A stretch of 64,000 nt of DNA from a virus (lineage: Duplodnaviria; Caudoviricetes): positions 813-64,812 of IMG/VR virus record IMGVR_UViG_3300027917_000048; one strand, written 5' to 3'. Positions 44,849 to 54,295 of this stretch are shown piece after piece (within the stretch, counting starts at the first letter, position 1; each line of letters opens with the position of its first letter). Made by a program: the position numbers and the translations under genes. The notes below the pieces were generated by a model. It was not told the origin of the DNA, searched no databases, and saw only the letters and a program-made list of their open reading frames with translations.

Positions 44849-45552
44849 TATATTATGCTTTCTGGAAGAACCTCTGGTTTATTAGATGCTAAACTAGTAG
44901 CCCATAAGCCTCTAGTATCCACACTAAACTTATGATTACACAAAACCTCAGGCTCTTTTCCTCCTTTCCTTCTATTACAAGTAAAAGTTAATACATTATC
45001 TACTTCTGGATATTGTACCCAAATAGTAGCCAAGAGCATATCACACTTAGGGCAAATAATGTACCTCATTTTTTGATCAGCAAATCTCTGTGCTTTCTCT
45101 TTTAGGGTTTCAACAGTTTGAATAACATCTTCTCTATCATCTGATTTTCTTACTTTACGACTAATTTTTAAATCAGTTTGCTGATTAGATATATCTCTTC
45201 TTAAATCTGAAATGATCTTCTGTATCTTATCAACAGTCATAATATTATCTGCTCCAATATTCTGACGTTCTTCATAAGCCATTAATTCAAAGTCTTCTAA
45301 TGAAATTAAGCCTTGTGCCAAAGCTCTTAGTATTAAAAGATCATTTGACTTCATATCAGAAAGATCATAGTCTTCGGTTAATTCATTTATTTTTTGTTGT
45401 ATCCGTTCCTCAAAATCTTCACCAAGAGGTTCAGCCTTATACTCTTCTTTTCTTTCTTCTATAATTTCTAAGAATTCTTCTTCACTCAAGTCTTTGTATT
45501 GAGGAAGATTTCTAAGGCTTTTCGGACTTATTGCTCTCTTGTGTTTCGACAA
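44848..45552 (-). CDS. Putative terminase small subunit with C-terminal zinc ribbon
   Basis: N-terminal SLRNL motif, helical middle, CPKC...C...C; near the head of the operon leading to terL. Confidence 0.4.
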   Translation of the reverse strand: MSKHKRAISPKSLRNLPQYKDLSEEEFLEIIEERKEEYKAEPLGEDFEERIQQKINELTEDYDLSDMKSNDLLILRALAQGLISLEDFELMAYEERQNIGADNIMTVDKIQKIISDLRRDISNQQTDLKISRKVRKSDDREDVIQTVETLKEKAQRFADQKMRYIICPKCDMLLATIWVQYPEVDNVLTFTCNRRKGGKEPEVLCNHKFSVDTRGLWATSLASNKPEVLPESII

Positions 45553-45694
45553 ACTGTTCTCCTTTTAAGAAATCTAAAACTTCTTTATTAGCATTTTCGA
45601 TTTTTTTCATGCTAGAGTGTAACTTACTTCCACTACTCCAATCTGTTTTCATACCTCTTCCCCACCAATTCCTTCCCTTAATTTTAGGTTTCAT
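45512..45694 (-). CDS. Hypothetical protein
   Basis: 60-aa ORF with AAGGAGG RBS. Confidence 0.5.
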   Translation of the reverse strand: MKPKIKGRNWWGRGMKTDWSSGSKLHSSMKKIENANKEVLDFLKGEQFVETQESNKSEKP

Positions 45695-45703
45695 TGTACC
45701 TCC

Positions 45704-45886
45704 TTATAAGCTACAACTGCTCCAACCACAGCTAGGACAAGTTTCGCACCTTCCTACTCTAATGAGTAGGGAATAGCAAATGGGACATTCGTAAAACTTA
45801 TCTAGCATTGTATCCGTTCTTTCTATCTCCTCAAATTGATCTGTAAATCTATATAACTGTTCATTGACTTTAGGTTCTTCTTGCAT
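45704..45886 (-). CDS. Small zinc-ribbon protein
   Basis: CPIC...CETCPSCGWSSC; GAGGAG RBS. Confidence 0.6.
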   Translation of the reverse strand: MQEEPKVNEQLYRFTDQFEEIERTDTMLDKFYECPICYSLLIRVGRCETCPSCGWSSCSL

Positions 45887-45910
45887 TTAATATATACTCC
45901 TCTATAGTTA

Positions 45911-45946
45911 ATTATACCACATTTTCTTATTTTAGGTATAAAATTG
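45911..45946 (-). promoter_or_regulatory. Putative late promoter CAATTTTA-N13-AAAATGTGGTATAAT
   Basis: Same layout as 35237-35272; heads the terS-sugar cluster-terL operon. Confidence 0.65.
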
Positions 45947-45948
45947 GG

Positions 45949-46143
45949 TTATTTTTTATGTAATTCTAATACAAATTCATTTAGTTTATCATAATTTGAC
46001 AATAGGTATTCCTCCGTAGTATCTTCTATTTCTTTGAAACATTCTTTATGAAACCACAAATTCACGTATGGTATATCTATCGCATACATGAATATTGGTT
46101 CTTCTTCCTTTATTACTTTTTCGCATTTGAAACATATTTTCAT
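45949..46143 (-). CDS. Small zinc-finger protein
   Basis: CxxC...HxxC. Confidence 0.55.
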   Translation of the reverse strand: MKICFKCEKVIKEEEPIFMYAIDIPYVNLWFHKECFKEIEDTTEEYLLSNYDKLNEFVLELHKK

Positions 46144-46367
46144 ACTACCTTCCCCAAAAATCTTTGCAGACTTTGGTACATTGTATTTGTAATTAGCTTC
46201 TCGTCTTTGGTTGCCATAAATTGCAACAACCTGTTAACATCAGAACGTAGCATGGGTACATAAACTATATCGTGTTTATCTCTACAAGTATCGGCTTTTG
46301 TAGGATCGGGATATATTTTATTACACCAGCTACATTTATATCTACCGTTTGGTAATTTTATAGCCAC
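46140..46367 (-). CDS. Small C2H2-like zinc-finger protein
   Basis: YKCSWCNK.Y......C...H. Confidence 0.55.
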   Translation of the reverse strand: MAIKLPNGRYKCSWCNKIYPDPTKADTCRDKHDIVYVPMLRSDVNRLLQFMATKDEKLITNTMYQSLQRFLGKVV

Positions 46368-46370
46368 TAT

Positions 46371-46571
46371 TTAATTATCCTTTCTAAGTTGTCGTCTTAG
46401 TAGTTTACCAAAACCAACTACATAAGTTATATTAATTGCGTAAATAAAACACCATAACATTATTGTTGCCATAATAACTTCTGCTAATGGTGGAAAGTAA
46501 TCTATATAGAAAAAGAACATCAGAATAAAACTAAATACAATATAAATTAAATATAAAATAAAAGTTTTCAT
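46371..46571 (-). CDS. Small 2-TM membrane protein
   Basis: Two hydrophobic helices and a basic tail. Confidence 0.5.
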   Translation of the reverse strand: MKTFILYLIYIVFSFILMFFFYIDYFPPLAEVIMATIMLWCFIYAINITYVVGFGKLLRRQLRKDN

Positions 46572-46572
46572 T

Positions 46573-46845
46573 TTATCCGAATGGACCTAATTTTGTTTGA
46601 GAAACTTTTTTATATTCTTTTGTTCTCTTTTTTGTATAAGAAATCATATTCTCAACTTCTTCCCAAATATCCCAATATTCTCCTCCTTCTTGTAGTTCAG
46701 GAAAAGTCTTACCGCACCATTTTAGTATCTCAGACATTTGTTCTACTGTAGATGATAAAAGAACTACTCTTTTATTTAATTCTATGTCCTTTTGTTTTTG
46801 TTTTTCTTTCATTGTTTCAAAATCTTCATATCTCATACTTGACAT
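46573..46845 (-). CDS. Hypothetical protein
   Basis: 90-aa ORF with AAAGG RBS. Confidence 0.55.
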   Translation of the reverse strand: MSSMRYEDFETMKEKQKQKDIELNKRVVLLSSTVEQMSEILKWCGKTFPELQEGGEYWDIWEEVENMISYTKKRTKEYKKVSQTKLGPFG

Positions 46846-46869
46846 CCTTTCAAATTTATGTTATACTTA

Positions 46870-46943
46870 CAGACGGGATAGGACTCGAACCTACAACCAC
46901 TTGTTTTGGAGACAAGCACTTTACCAAATTAAGCTACCCATCT
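46870..46943 (-). tRNA. tRNA-Trp (CCA)
   Basis: Cloverleaf: acceptor AGATGGG/CCCGTCT, anticodon arm CTTGT-CTCCAAA-ACAAG, T-arm GGTTCGAGTCC; no encoded CCA end. Confidence 0.92.
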
Positions 46944-46949
46944 ATTTTA

Positions 46950-46978
46950 ATTATACCATATTTCTGCATTTATTGTAA
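46950..46978 (-). promoter_or_regulatory. Sigma70-type promoter for tRNA-Trp unit
   Basis: TTACAA-17-TATAAT with TG extension. Confidence 0.6.
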
Positions 46979-46984
46979 CATATT

Positions 46985-47013
46985 AACATTAATAGAATAT
47001 TAATAGAACATTA
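46985..47013. repeat. Three 7-bp direct repeats at 11-bp period (AACATTA/AATATTA/AACATTA)
   Basis: At 46985, 46996 and 47007; the same motif (as TAATGTT) recurs at 59284-59312. Confidence 0.6.
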
Positions 47014-47047
47014 GAGTTTCCAGAAACATGATCACGAAATTACATTT

Positions 47048-47058
47048 TGTGGTATAAT
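47048..47058 (+). promoter_or_regulatory. Extended -10 promoter for the replication arm
   Basis: TGTGGTATAAT in the divergent intergenic region upstream of polA. Confidence 0.6.
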
Positions 47059-47218
47059 ATAAGTAGAAGGTAAAAAAACAAAAAATTGAATACCCTTAAG
47101 CTTGCGAAGACAAGACTTGAATAAAAAAGATAATCAGTAACCCTGATTAATAAAAATAAGGAAAGGTTTTAATAAAAAAGAAGTTCTTAATTGGGGTACG
47201 TTGTACAAAAGGAGAGGT

Positions 47219-49117
47219 ATGGGTTACATTCTAGTGAGTACTCAAAAACATTTAGCTGATCTTCAAATTGATCTTTCTCTAGCTGATGTTATTTATTTAG
47301 ATACTGAAACTACAGGACTTGATACTTTAACAGATAAAATTATTTTATTACAAATTAGAGCTAATGAAAAAACTTATATAGTTAATTGTAAAGAGGTAGC
47401 TTCTAATTATGTAAAATATATTATAGAGCTGATTAAAGATTCTAATAAGACCTGTGTTATACAGAACGCTAAATTTGATATTAAGATTATTAAGTCTAAT
47501 ACTGGTATCTTATTAGATAATGTTTATTGTACCTTTATATCTGAAATAATAGCTACAAATAGCTGGACATGCAATAGATACCCCGGATTAAAATATCTTG
47601 TTAAAAAATATTTAGATATAAATATAGAGAAAGACATTAGATTAGATTTTACCGATCCTAATTTAGTCCTTACAGAAGAACATTTTGAATATGCAGCTAA
47701 TGACCTAGCTTATCTTAGTACTATTCGTAATAGACAGCTGGAAGAAATTATAAGATCAAAACAAGAAAAAATTTTAGAATTGGAAATGAAATTCTTACCA
47801 GTTCTAGCTCAAATGGAATTAAATGGTGTCTATTTTAATGTAGATAAATGGAATAAAATTGCAAATAGTTATCAAGAAAAAGCAAATGAACAAGAAAAAA
47901 TAGTTAAAGACTTTTTCATGGATAAAGTAGACTTTTCTAAATACCCAAATTTATTAGAAGCTACTAGAGCAATAGGTATCTATAAAGATAAAGATGGTAA
48001 AAACCTAAGAGCTAAATTTAGAAAAGAAGAATTAGAAAAAATAAAAGATGTTAGCTTTGCTAAGAAATATATTTATGAGAATTTAAATATAGATTCTAAT
48101 TCTCAAATGAAAAATATTTTGTGGCTTGCTGGTATTCAAGTACAAGATACATTAGCAGCTACGTTGAAGAAACAATATACAAAGTTTCCTGTTACAGAAA
48201 ATATTGTAAAATATAGAGAATTTGCAAAAAGAGTTACAACATACGGTGAGGAATTTACCTCCAGAGTTCATCCAAGAACGGGTCGTATTCACGCCGAATA
48301 TCACCAATACGGAACAGCATCTGGCAGATTGGCTTGTAAGAACCCCAATATGCAAAATATTCCTGCTGAAGATGAATATCGTGCTTGTTTCGAGGCTGAA
48401 TCTGGAAATAAATTCCTCACTATAGACTACTCACAACAAGAGTATAGAATTATAGGTGAGTTTACTGGAGAACAAGCAATTATAGATGCGTATAATGCTG
48501 GCAAAGATATGCACGTTGTTACAGCAGCTCTAGTAAATAATATCTCCATAGAGGAAGTTACTAAAGAACAGAGGCGAGGAGCTAAAGCTGTTAACTTTGG
48601 TTTATTTTATGGTGCTAATGAGTACGGTTTGAAATATAGACTTGGCATAACACTGAAAGAATCTATTAGAATAATGACTTCTGTTTTCGGTGGGATGCCA
48701 AGATTCGTTTCTTTTAGAGCTGCCTTTGAAAATAAAGTAATTGATATGGGCTATTCTGTAACAATGGCTGGAAGAAGAAGGTACTTTGAAACAAAGTCTG
48801 ATTTTATAGATGGTGGAGAATATTTAAAATATATTGGAAAAATAAAAAGAGAAGGGTTCAACCATCCAATTCAGGGTACTGGTGCTGATATGACAAAGCT
48901 AGCTATGTGCTATTGTCATTATAATAATCCATTTGGAGAAAAATTTAAATTAGTTACACAAGGGCATGATGAAATTGGGTTTGAAGTTTCTGAAGATATT
49001 GCAAAAGAAGCTGATGAATTCGCTAAAGGTGAGATGATAAAAGCTGGAGAAAAATTCATTAAGTCGATGCCCGTAGAAGTAGAAGGAGTAATAAAAAATC
49101 ATTGGAGTAAGGGATAA
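47219..49117 (+). CDS. polA: DNA polymerase family A with 3'-5' exonuclease
   Basis: DTETTG exo I, NAKFD, YAA.D, DYSQQEYR, RRGAKAVNFG..YG (Phe at the E. coli 762 position), HDE; AGGAGAGG RBS before ATG 47219. Confidence 0.95.
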   Translation: MGYILVSTQKHLADLQIDLSLADVIYLDTETTGLDTLTDKIILLQIRANEKTYIVNCKEVASNYVKYIIELIKDSNKTCVIQNAKFDIKIIKSNTGILLDNVYCTFISEIIATNSWTCNRYPGLKYLVKKYLDINIEKDIRLDFTDPNLVLTEEHFEYAANDLAYLSTIRNRQLEEIIRSKQEKILELEMKFLPVLAQMELNGVYFNVDKWNKIANSYQEKANEQEKIVKDFFMDKVDFSKYPNLLEATRAIGIYKDKDGKNLRAKFRKEELEKIKDVSFAKKYIYENLNIDSNSQMKNILWLAGIQVQDTLAATLKKQYTKFPVTENIVKYREFAKRVTTYGEEFTSRVHPRTGRIHAEYHQYGTASGRLACKNPNMQNIPAEDEYRACFEAESGNKFLTIDYSQQEYRIIGEFTGEQAIIDAYNAGKDMHVVTAALVNNISIEEVTKEQRRGAKAVNFGLFYGANEYGLKYRLGITLKESIRIMTSVFGGMPRFVSFRAAFENKVIDMGYSVTMAGRRRYFETKSDFIDGGEYLKYIGKIKREGFNHPIQGTGADMTKLAMCYCHYNNPFGEKFKLVTQGHDEIGFEVSEDIAKEADEFAKGEMIKAGEKFIKSMPVEVEGVIKNHWSKG

Positions 49118-49129
49118 AAGGAGAGAGCT

Positions 49130-49330
49130 ATGAAAAAGGCGTGTGTAGTAAGACATATAGATACAAAAGAATATTATAAATTTACTTTGGGTAAGAAAAA
49201 AGAAATAGTAGTTATTGATGAAAGAGATTATACTCTTAAAGATTTAATAGTTTCTTTATTGCCATTAGAGGAGGTACAGCATTTGGATAACGATTACTAT
49301 GTAGTATTACAAGGTGAGTATGACGACTAG
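49130..49330 (+). CDS. Hypothetical protein
   Basis: 66-aa ORF with RBS. Confidence 0.55.
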   Translation: MKKACVVRHIDTKEYYKFTLGKKKEIVVIDERDYTLKDLIVSLLPLEEVQHLDNDYYVVLQGEYDD

Positions 49331-50336
49331 TATTGTTGATAAATTAAAAAAGAAATATGAGCACATTTTGTTAGATAGAGAAATTGATGATACCGTTGAG
49401 ACTATATCAACAGGCTCTCCTTCGCTGGATGTGTCTACTGGTGTTGGAGGTATTCCTAAAAGAAGAGTCACAACGGTTTATGGTGCTGAGAGTTCTGGAA
49501 AAACAACATTGTGTTTAGAAATTGCTAGAAATGCTATTGAGGGAGGAGATAATGTAGCATATATTGATGTAGAACAGGGGTTGGATTATAATTATGTAGA
49601 AACTTTAGTGGGCAAATTTGATATGGATAAGCTACTTATTGCTCAACCAGAGACATCAGAGGAGGCTCTTGGTTTAGTTGAAGTACTTATCAAGGGGGAT
49701 AGAAAATTAGGAATAGAACCCGGACAATATAAACTTATAATTATAGATTCAGTAGCTGCTTTAGCACCAGAGGTAGAGAAAGAAAAAGAATTAACAGACC
49801 ATAATGTAGCACTAACAGCACGCATTTTAACATCTTTCTTTAGAAGAAATGTATACGATCTAAGAGAGAATGATGTAGCACTTTTATTTGTTAATCAGGT
49901 AAGAGCAAAAATAGGTGGTTATGTCAAAGGCTACGAATTACCCGGAGGACATGCCCTAAAGCATTATTCATCAATGATTATCTTTTTGTCAGCTGGACAG
50001 AAAATTAAACAAGGAGATGAAATAATAGGGATGCAATGCAAATTCACTGTCAAGAAAAATAAACTTTCCCCACCTTTTAGAAGCTTTGATTTTCCTCTTA
50101 TATTTGGAGAGGGAATAGATTATTATAGGGATTTAGTTTTCTTTGCAGAAGAGATGGGAGTATTGAGAAAACGAGCAGCTTATTATTATTATAATGATAC
50201 CCAATTAGGACAGGGTATTGAAAAATCAATAGTGTACCTAAAAGAACATAAGGAGGTAGAAAAAGAGATCAAAGAAAAATGTTTGAGTAATGTTAATAAA
50301 ACAAAAGAAAAGCTTGACAATGATGATGAAGTGTGA
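49320..50336 (+). CDS. recA: RecA/UvsX recombinase
   Basis: GAESSGKTT, IIDSVAAL, NQVR, GGHALK, KNK..PP. Confidence 0.95.
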   Translation: MTTSIVDKLKKKYEHILLDREIDDTVETISTGSPSLDVSTGVGGIPKRRVTTVYGAESSGKTTLCLEIARNAIEGGDNVAYIDVEQGLDYNYVETLVGKFDMDKLLIAQPETSEEALGLVEVLIKGDRKLGIEPGQYKLIIIDSVAALAPEVEKEKELTDHNVALTARILTSFFRRNVYDLRENDVALLFVNQVRAKIGGYVKGYELPGGHALKHYSSMIIFLSAGQKIKQGDEIIGMQCKFTVKKNKLSPPFRSFDFPLIFGEGIDYYRDLVFFAEEMGVLRKRAAYYYYNDTQLGQGIEKSIVYLKEHKEVEKEIKEKCLSNVNKTKEKLDNDDEV

Positions 50337-50342
50337 TATAAT
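50314..50342 (+). promoter_or_regulatory. Consensus sigma70 promoter
   Basis: TTGACA-17-TATAAT with TG extension, at the 3' end of recA. Confidence 0.8.
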
Positions 50343-50370
50343 ACAGGAAATTTGAGGAAAGGAGTAAAAA

Positions 50371-50697
50371 ATGGCAAAAGAGCACTTTACTTGGGACACG
50401 AGATACGATGAATTGAGTATAGGTGATTTATTTAAAATGATAGAATATATAGCAGAGGAAGATTGGGACGGTCACTACACTATATTTAAGTTCACTACTA
50501 ATTTTAGAGGTTGTTTTGGGAGTGTAAATACAATCAACGATATTAATAAATTTCCACCCTTTGATGATTTACGCACATTACTTTTATATATGATTACAAA
50601 ACAACCAAGGTTCGATGATCTTTTGTACAATAATATAAATGATGATCATTTTATTAGAGAGTTAAATCCTGATGTAATAGGAGTTTGGATAGATTAA
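50371..50697 (+). CDS. Hypothetical protein
   Basis: 108-aa ORF with AAGGAG RBS. Confidence 0.6.
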   Translation: MAKEHFTWDTRYDELSIGDLFKMIEYIAEEDWDGHYTIFKFTTNFRGCFGSVNTINDINKFPPFDDLRTLLLYMITKQPRFDDLLYNNINDDHFIRELNPDVIGVWID

Positions 50698-50708
50698 AGG
50701 AGTAAAAT

Positions 50709-50996
50709 ATGAAACGTACTGTAGGTGTGGAACGGACATTTTATATTAGCGATTACAATGTAATCAAGCCTATGGAAATCTTAACAGATATTCCTGAGGA
50801 ATTGGCAACGGACGAGAAATTTATTGGTAAGGTAAGGTTCATACAGTTGCTAAACTTAGAGCTTACTTTCAAGAAATATCTTATCCTAAAAGAAAAAACA
50901 GATCAATTAAGTCCAATGGATGCAATAGCTTATTTAGAAGAGCTAAAAGCAAAAGCAATGGACGAATTAAATCAAATACTAAATAAGGAGAATTAA
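50709..50996 (+). CDS. Hypothetical protein
   Basis: 95-aa ORF with AAGGAG RBS. Confidence 0.6.
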   Translation: MKRTVGVERTFYISDYNVIKPMEILTDIPEELATDEKFIGKVRFIQLLNLELTFKKYLILKEKTDQLSPMDAIAYLEELKAKAMDELNQILNKEN

Positions 50997-50997
50997 C

Positions 50998-51789
50998 ATG
51001 TCATTTTTTGAGAGAACATCTGGTGCAGGTAACTTTAAGAAGACGGAGTACTTAAAGCTAACTCCCGGAACACATATAATTAGAATAATTGAAGAGGCTG
51101 GTAGAAAGTATTACCAGCATTGGATGGGGGCTGGTGTCGAATGTCTAGGAGAAGATTGTCCACAGTGTAAATTGAATCGTCAGATTATTGATGATATTGG
51201 TGGCGAATATGAATCAGCATATAAGGAGGCAAGAAAAGTAGAAGGATTTGTTCCTCGTCAGCCTCGAGGTGCTGTGAATGTATTAGATCGTACTCCAATT
51301 AAAATTTGTACTAATTGTGGGCATGAAAATAGACCAATAAGTAATGTACATCCAGCTGTATGTTCTGAGTGCGGACAATCAATATTGAGCATAGAGCCTC
51401 ACGTTACAAATAAAGTTAAAGTTTTTAGTAGAGCTGCAACTGTTTTTGAACAAATTGATGATTTAGATAAGTCAGTACTTGATGAAAACAAAGAACCAGT
51501 TGGTGTTAGAAATTTTGATATTGCTCTACACGTTGTCGGTAATCAAACCGTACCAGTACCTACAGAGAATAGGGACGTAGTTGAGTTTGAAGAAGAATCT
51601 CTATTTGATCTAGATCGTGTAGCTGTTAGCTTAACGGTTGAAGAAATGGAAAAAAGAATGAGGGGAGTTTCTTTATCAGAGATTTTTAAGACAAGAAGTA
51701 GTGCATCTGAATCTGCGACAGAATCTGTTATACAGCCAAGTGAGGAAAAGGTCGCAGAAATTCAATCTGAGATAAGCGATTTATTCTAG
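50998..51789 (+). CDS. Single-stranded DNA-binding protein (gp32-like) with zinc-ribbon insertion
   Basis: YLKL..G...IRI, H..C....CPQC, an additional CxxC..CxxC, acidic tail ending DLF; upstream of the helicase. Confidence 0.65.
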   Translation: MSFFERTSGAGNFKKTEYLKLTPGTHIIRIIEEAGRKYYQHWMGAGVECLGEDCPQCKLNRQIIDDIGGEYESAYKEARKVEGFVPRQPRGAVNVLDRTPIKICTNCGHENRPISNVHPAVCSECGQSILSIEPHVTNKVKVFSRAATVFEQIDDLDKSVLDENKEPVGVRNFDIALHVVGNQTVPVPTENRDVVEFEEESLFDLDRVAVSLTVEEMEKRMRGVSLSEIFKTRSSASESATESVIQPSEEKVAEIQSEISDLF

Positions 51790-51824
51790 ATTATCCTGCT
51801 TATCTCAATATATAGCCCGGTGTT

Positions 51825-51854
51825 TGTGGGGTTGCACCTAAAATAAACCCCACA
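51825..51854 (+). terminator. Hairpin between SSB and helicase genes
   Basis: 9-bp stem TGTGGGGTT/AACCCCACA, 12-nt loop, T-rich downstream. Confidence 0.45.
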
Positions 51855-51877
51855 TCAATTTATATTTAGGAGATTGG

Positions 51878-53269
51878 ATGTTACATAATTTTAACTCAGA
51901 AGAACAAGAAGAGGCTATTTTAAATATTTTAGTAAATTTTCCAGATAAATATTTTTCATTATCTTCTTTAAAATCCTATATGTTTAGTAGTTTACCAAGA
52001 GTTAGAATATTTGAATTCATAGAACAATCACATACTAATCAAACACCAGTTAATTTTCACATATTAACACAGTCAATTTCTTATCAAAATAATGAAGATG
52101 CTGTTGGTGGAAAAGAATACTTGGAAAAACTAAAAGGATTGAAGGATATTAATCCAGATAATATTAGAGATTATGAAAAAATAGTAGTAGATGCTTGGAA
52201 GAGCAGAAGTGTTATAAAAATTTGTTCAACAGCACCAACAACTGTACAGAGTGTTTCTGAAATACAAAGCGTAATAAGTTATATAAGAAAGGGATTAGAT
52301 AAATTAGATTTAGGATCATCTAATGATGGTATTTTTTCTATGGAAGAAATAGCACCATTAGTTTTAGAGGGAATAATAGAAAGACACGGTACTCCCGGAA
52401 TACCGGGAATAAGCACAGGACTGAGGGGTTTAGATAAAATTACTGCTGGCAAAATGGGTGGAGATTTTTGGTTAGTTGCTGGTCGTCCGGGTATGGGGAA
52501 AACAGCATTAATGTGTAACATGCTATTATCGGATGCTAAACAAAATAAAAAGGGAATTCTTTTTTCTTTAGAAATGAATAAACAACTTATTGTAGAAAGA
52601 ATGTTATCAATAACTACCGGAATTCCATTATACCCTAATATTAGAATGGGCGATTTAAATGAAGAAGAGCTTGATTTAATAAAAGAATATTTAAATTTGT
52701 TTCAACTATATCCAATTTATTTAGATACTAATTTCATAGCAAGTATGGAATATTTAGAAACAATGATAAGAAAGTATAAACATCTACACGATATAGATAC
52801 TGTTTATATTGATTATATTCAATTACTGGCAGAAAGAGAAGCTGATCAAACTCATGCAATTGGTAAGATTTCTAGAAAATGTAAATTATTAGCCGAGGAA
52901 CTTGATATTACCATAATAGCTGCATCGCAATTAAATCGGTTACTAGAAGGGCGTAGCGATAAACGTCCTATTCTTCCAGACTTGAGACAATCCGGCAATC
53001 TTGAGGAGGATGGTGATATAATTATAGCTCTCTATAGGGATAAGAAATATAATTTAAAGACTCCTGATCCTAATTTAATGGAAGCTATTGTGTTGAAACA
53101 ACGTAACGGTCCTACAAAAACTGTTTTATTGGACTTTAAAGAAGAGACAAATAAAGTAAAAGATAGGGAAGGTATACATGATGACAAACAAACAAAAGAG
53201 GAAGGGGAGCAGGTGGGAGAAACAGCTAGAGCAGCTGTTGAACCGAGGGTTGGAGAATTCTTCCAGTGA
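51878..53269 (+). CDS. dnaB: Replicative helicase DnaB
   Basis: GRPGMGKT, FSLEM, IDYIQL, SQLNR, DLRQSG.LE.D.D, KQRNG. Confidence 0.95.
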   Translation: MLHNFNSEEQEEAILNILVNFPDKYFSLSSLKSYMFSSLPRVRIFEFIEQSHTNQTPVNFHILTQSISYQNNEDAVGGKEYLEKLKGLKDINPDNIRDYEKIVVDAWKSRSVIKICSTAPTTVQSVSEIQSVISYIRKGLDKLDLGSSNDGIFSMEEIAPLVLEGIIERHGTPGIPGISTGLRGLDKITAGKMGGDFWLVAGRPGMGKTALMCNMLLSDAKQNKKGILFSLEMNKQLIVERMLSITTGIPLYPNIRMGDLNEEELDLIKEYLNLFQLYPIYLDTNFIASMEYLETMIRKYKHLHDIDTVYIDYIQLLAEREADQTHAIGKISRKCKLLAEELDITIIAASQLNRLLEGRSDKRPILPDLRQSGNLEEDGDIIIALYRDKKYNLKTPDPNLMEAIVLKQRNGPTKTVLLDFKEETNKVKDREGIHDDKQTKEEGEQVGETARAAVEPRVGEFFQ

Positions 53270-53618
53270 GTTTAAAAAGACCCCTTCTTCTGGTGCTTTA
53301 GGCACTATAGTTGGTGAACCAAATTTTACCGGAGATGTTAGAGGTAGGGTACACGGCATACCTCAAAAAATAAAAATAGAAGCTAAAGTCGGTTATGGTG
53401 GAGCTAAACAAATGACCGTCTATAAGGAGTGGTTTGATAAGATTGCTGAGGAAGCTGCACAAGATTATTCTATACCTCTAGTAGCTTGTAGGTTTTCTGG
53501 TTCTAGAGGAGGCGTACAAAATTTTATAGCTATGGATATAGATATATTTATACAGCTGATGAATTTGATTTCACAAATGCAAGAAGATTTAGATACTGCT
53601 TATGAAGGAGAGGAATAA
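53178..53618 (+). CDS. Holliday junction resolvase (PD-(D/E)XK)
   Basis: KRKG..WE, P.SGA, GDV, IEAK. Confidence 0.75.
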   Translation: MMTNKQKRKGSRWEKQLEQLLNRGLENSSSEFKKTPSSGALGTIVGEPNFTGDVRGRVHGIPQKIKIEAKVGYGGAKQMTVYKEWFDKIAEEAAQDYSIPLVACRFSGSRGGVQNFIAMDIDIFIQLMNLISQMQEDLDTAYEGEE

Positions 53619-53619
53619 T

Positions 53620-53958
53620 ATGGATTTAGATGAAAAGTTTTTTGAATATTTAACAGAAAAAGGATTCAATGAACGTTGGTTTTATCTGGCAAGTTTGCAA
53701 AATTTATTGCTATTCGTTGTATCTGGTTTTCCAAATAATATAGTAGCCAGTATGACGGGACTTGGAGAAGAATATGTAGAAATAGCCTGTCAAAACTTTT
53801 TAGGTTTTAGTGGTTGGGAAGTTGATTTAAACTATAGTCCTTGGTATAAGTATAAGAATAATCTCTTGACAAAAGAAGAAGATTCTGATATAATAGAGAT
53901 ATGCGAGAAGTACAGCAAATACCGAAAGGAGCTAGAAGAGTACTATGACAACGAATAA
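53620..53958 (+). CDS. Hypothetical protein (possible HTH)
   Basis: MDLDEK start after a GAGG RBS; SG.....VA...G....YV HTH-like segment. Confidence 0.5.
   Translation: MDLDEKFFEYLTEKGFNERWFYLASLQNLLLFVVSGFPNNIVASMTGLGEEYVEIACQNFLGFSGWEVDLNYSPWYKYKNNLLTKEEDSDIIEICEKYSKYRKELEEYYDNE
53866..53894 (+). promoter_or_regulatory. Consensus sigma70 promoter
   Basis: TTGACA-17-TATAAT with TG extension, inside the 3' end of the upstream ORF. Confidence 0.75.
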
Positions 53959-54295
53959 TCTACCAGATTTTGATGAAATGTTTGCAGTTACTGTTCAGAT
54001 TAAAGACTTGACTTATAGAAAATTAATTTTAGAGAATGAAATTTCTGAAGGAGAATCAAAAGCAATTGAATATAATATGGAACATAAAGAAGTAAATGGT
54101 AAACCAGCTTCTATGGAGTATGCTAAACTGGTATGGAAACCAGTTGGCTTGAAAGGTGAGCTGGTAGGAAAGAGAGCTGAATTAGCTCTAGTAGAGTCTA
54201 AATTAGCCGAAGCTAAGGCATTATTTGATGTCTATAAGTCTATGATTGCCGTATGGCAAACAGATTCAGCAAATAAAAGAGCAGTTTCATTATGA
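53945..54295 (+). CDS. Helical protein, possible recombination mediator
   Basis: Coiled coil ending WQT.SAN.R; recombination-gene context. Confidence 0.4.
   Translation: MTTNNLPDFDEMFAVTVQIKDLTYRKLILENEISEGESKAIEYNMEHKEVNGKPASMEYAKLVWKPVGLKGELVGKRAELALVESKLAEAKALFDVYKSMIAVWQTDSANKRAVSL

Noticed and set aside
45704-45886. Ribonucleotide reductase fragment
   Set aside because: Only a zinc ribbon like the NrdJ C-terminus, with its own RBS; no catalytic RNR sequence nearby.
46870-47200. attP/lysogeny switch at the divergent tRNA region
   Set aside because: No integrase or CI/Cro-like pair is visible in the window.
36760-53269. Inteins or introns in terL, polA, recA or dnaB
   Set aside because: Lengths are normal, motifs are contiguous, and no splice-junction or homing endonuclease motifs were seen.
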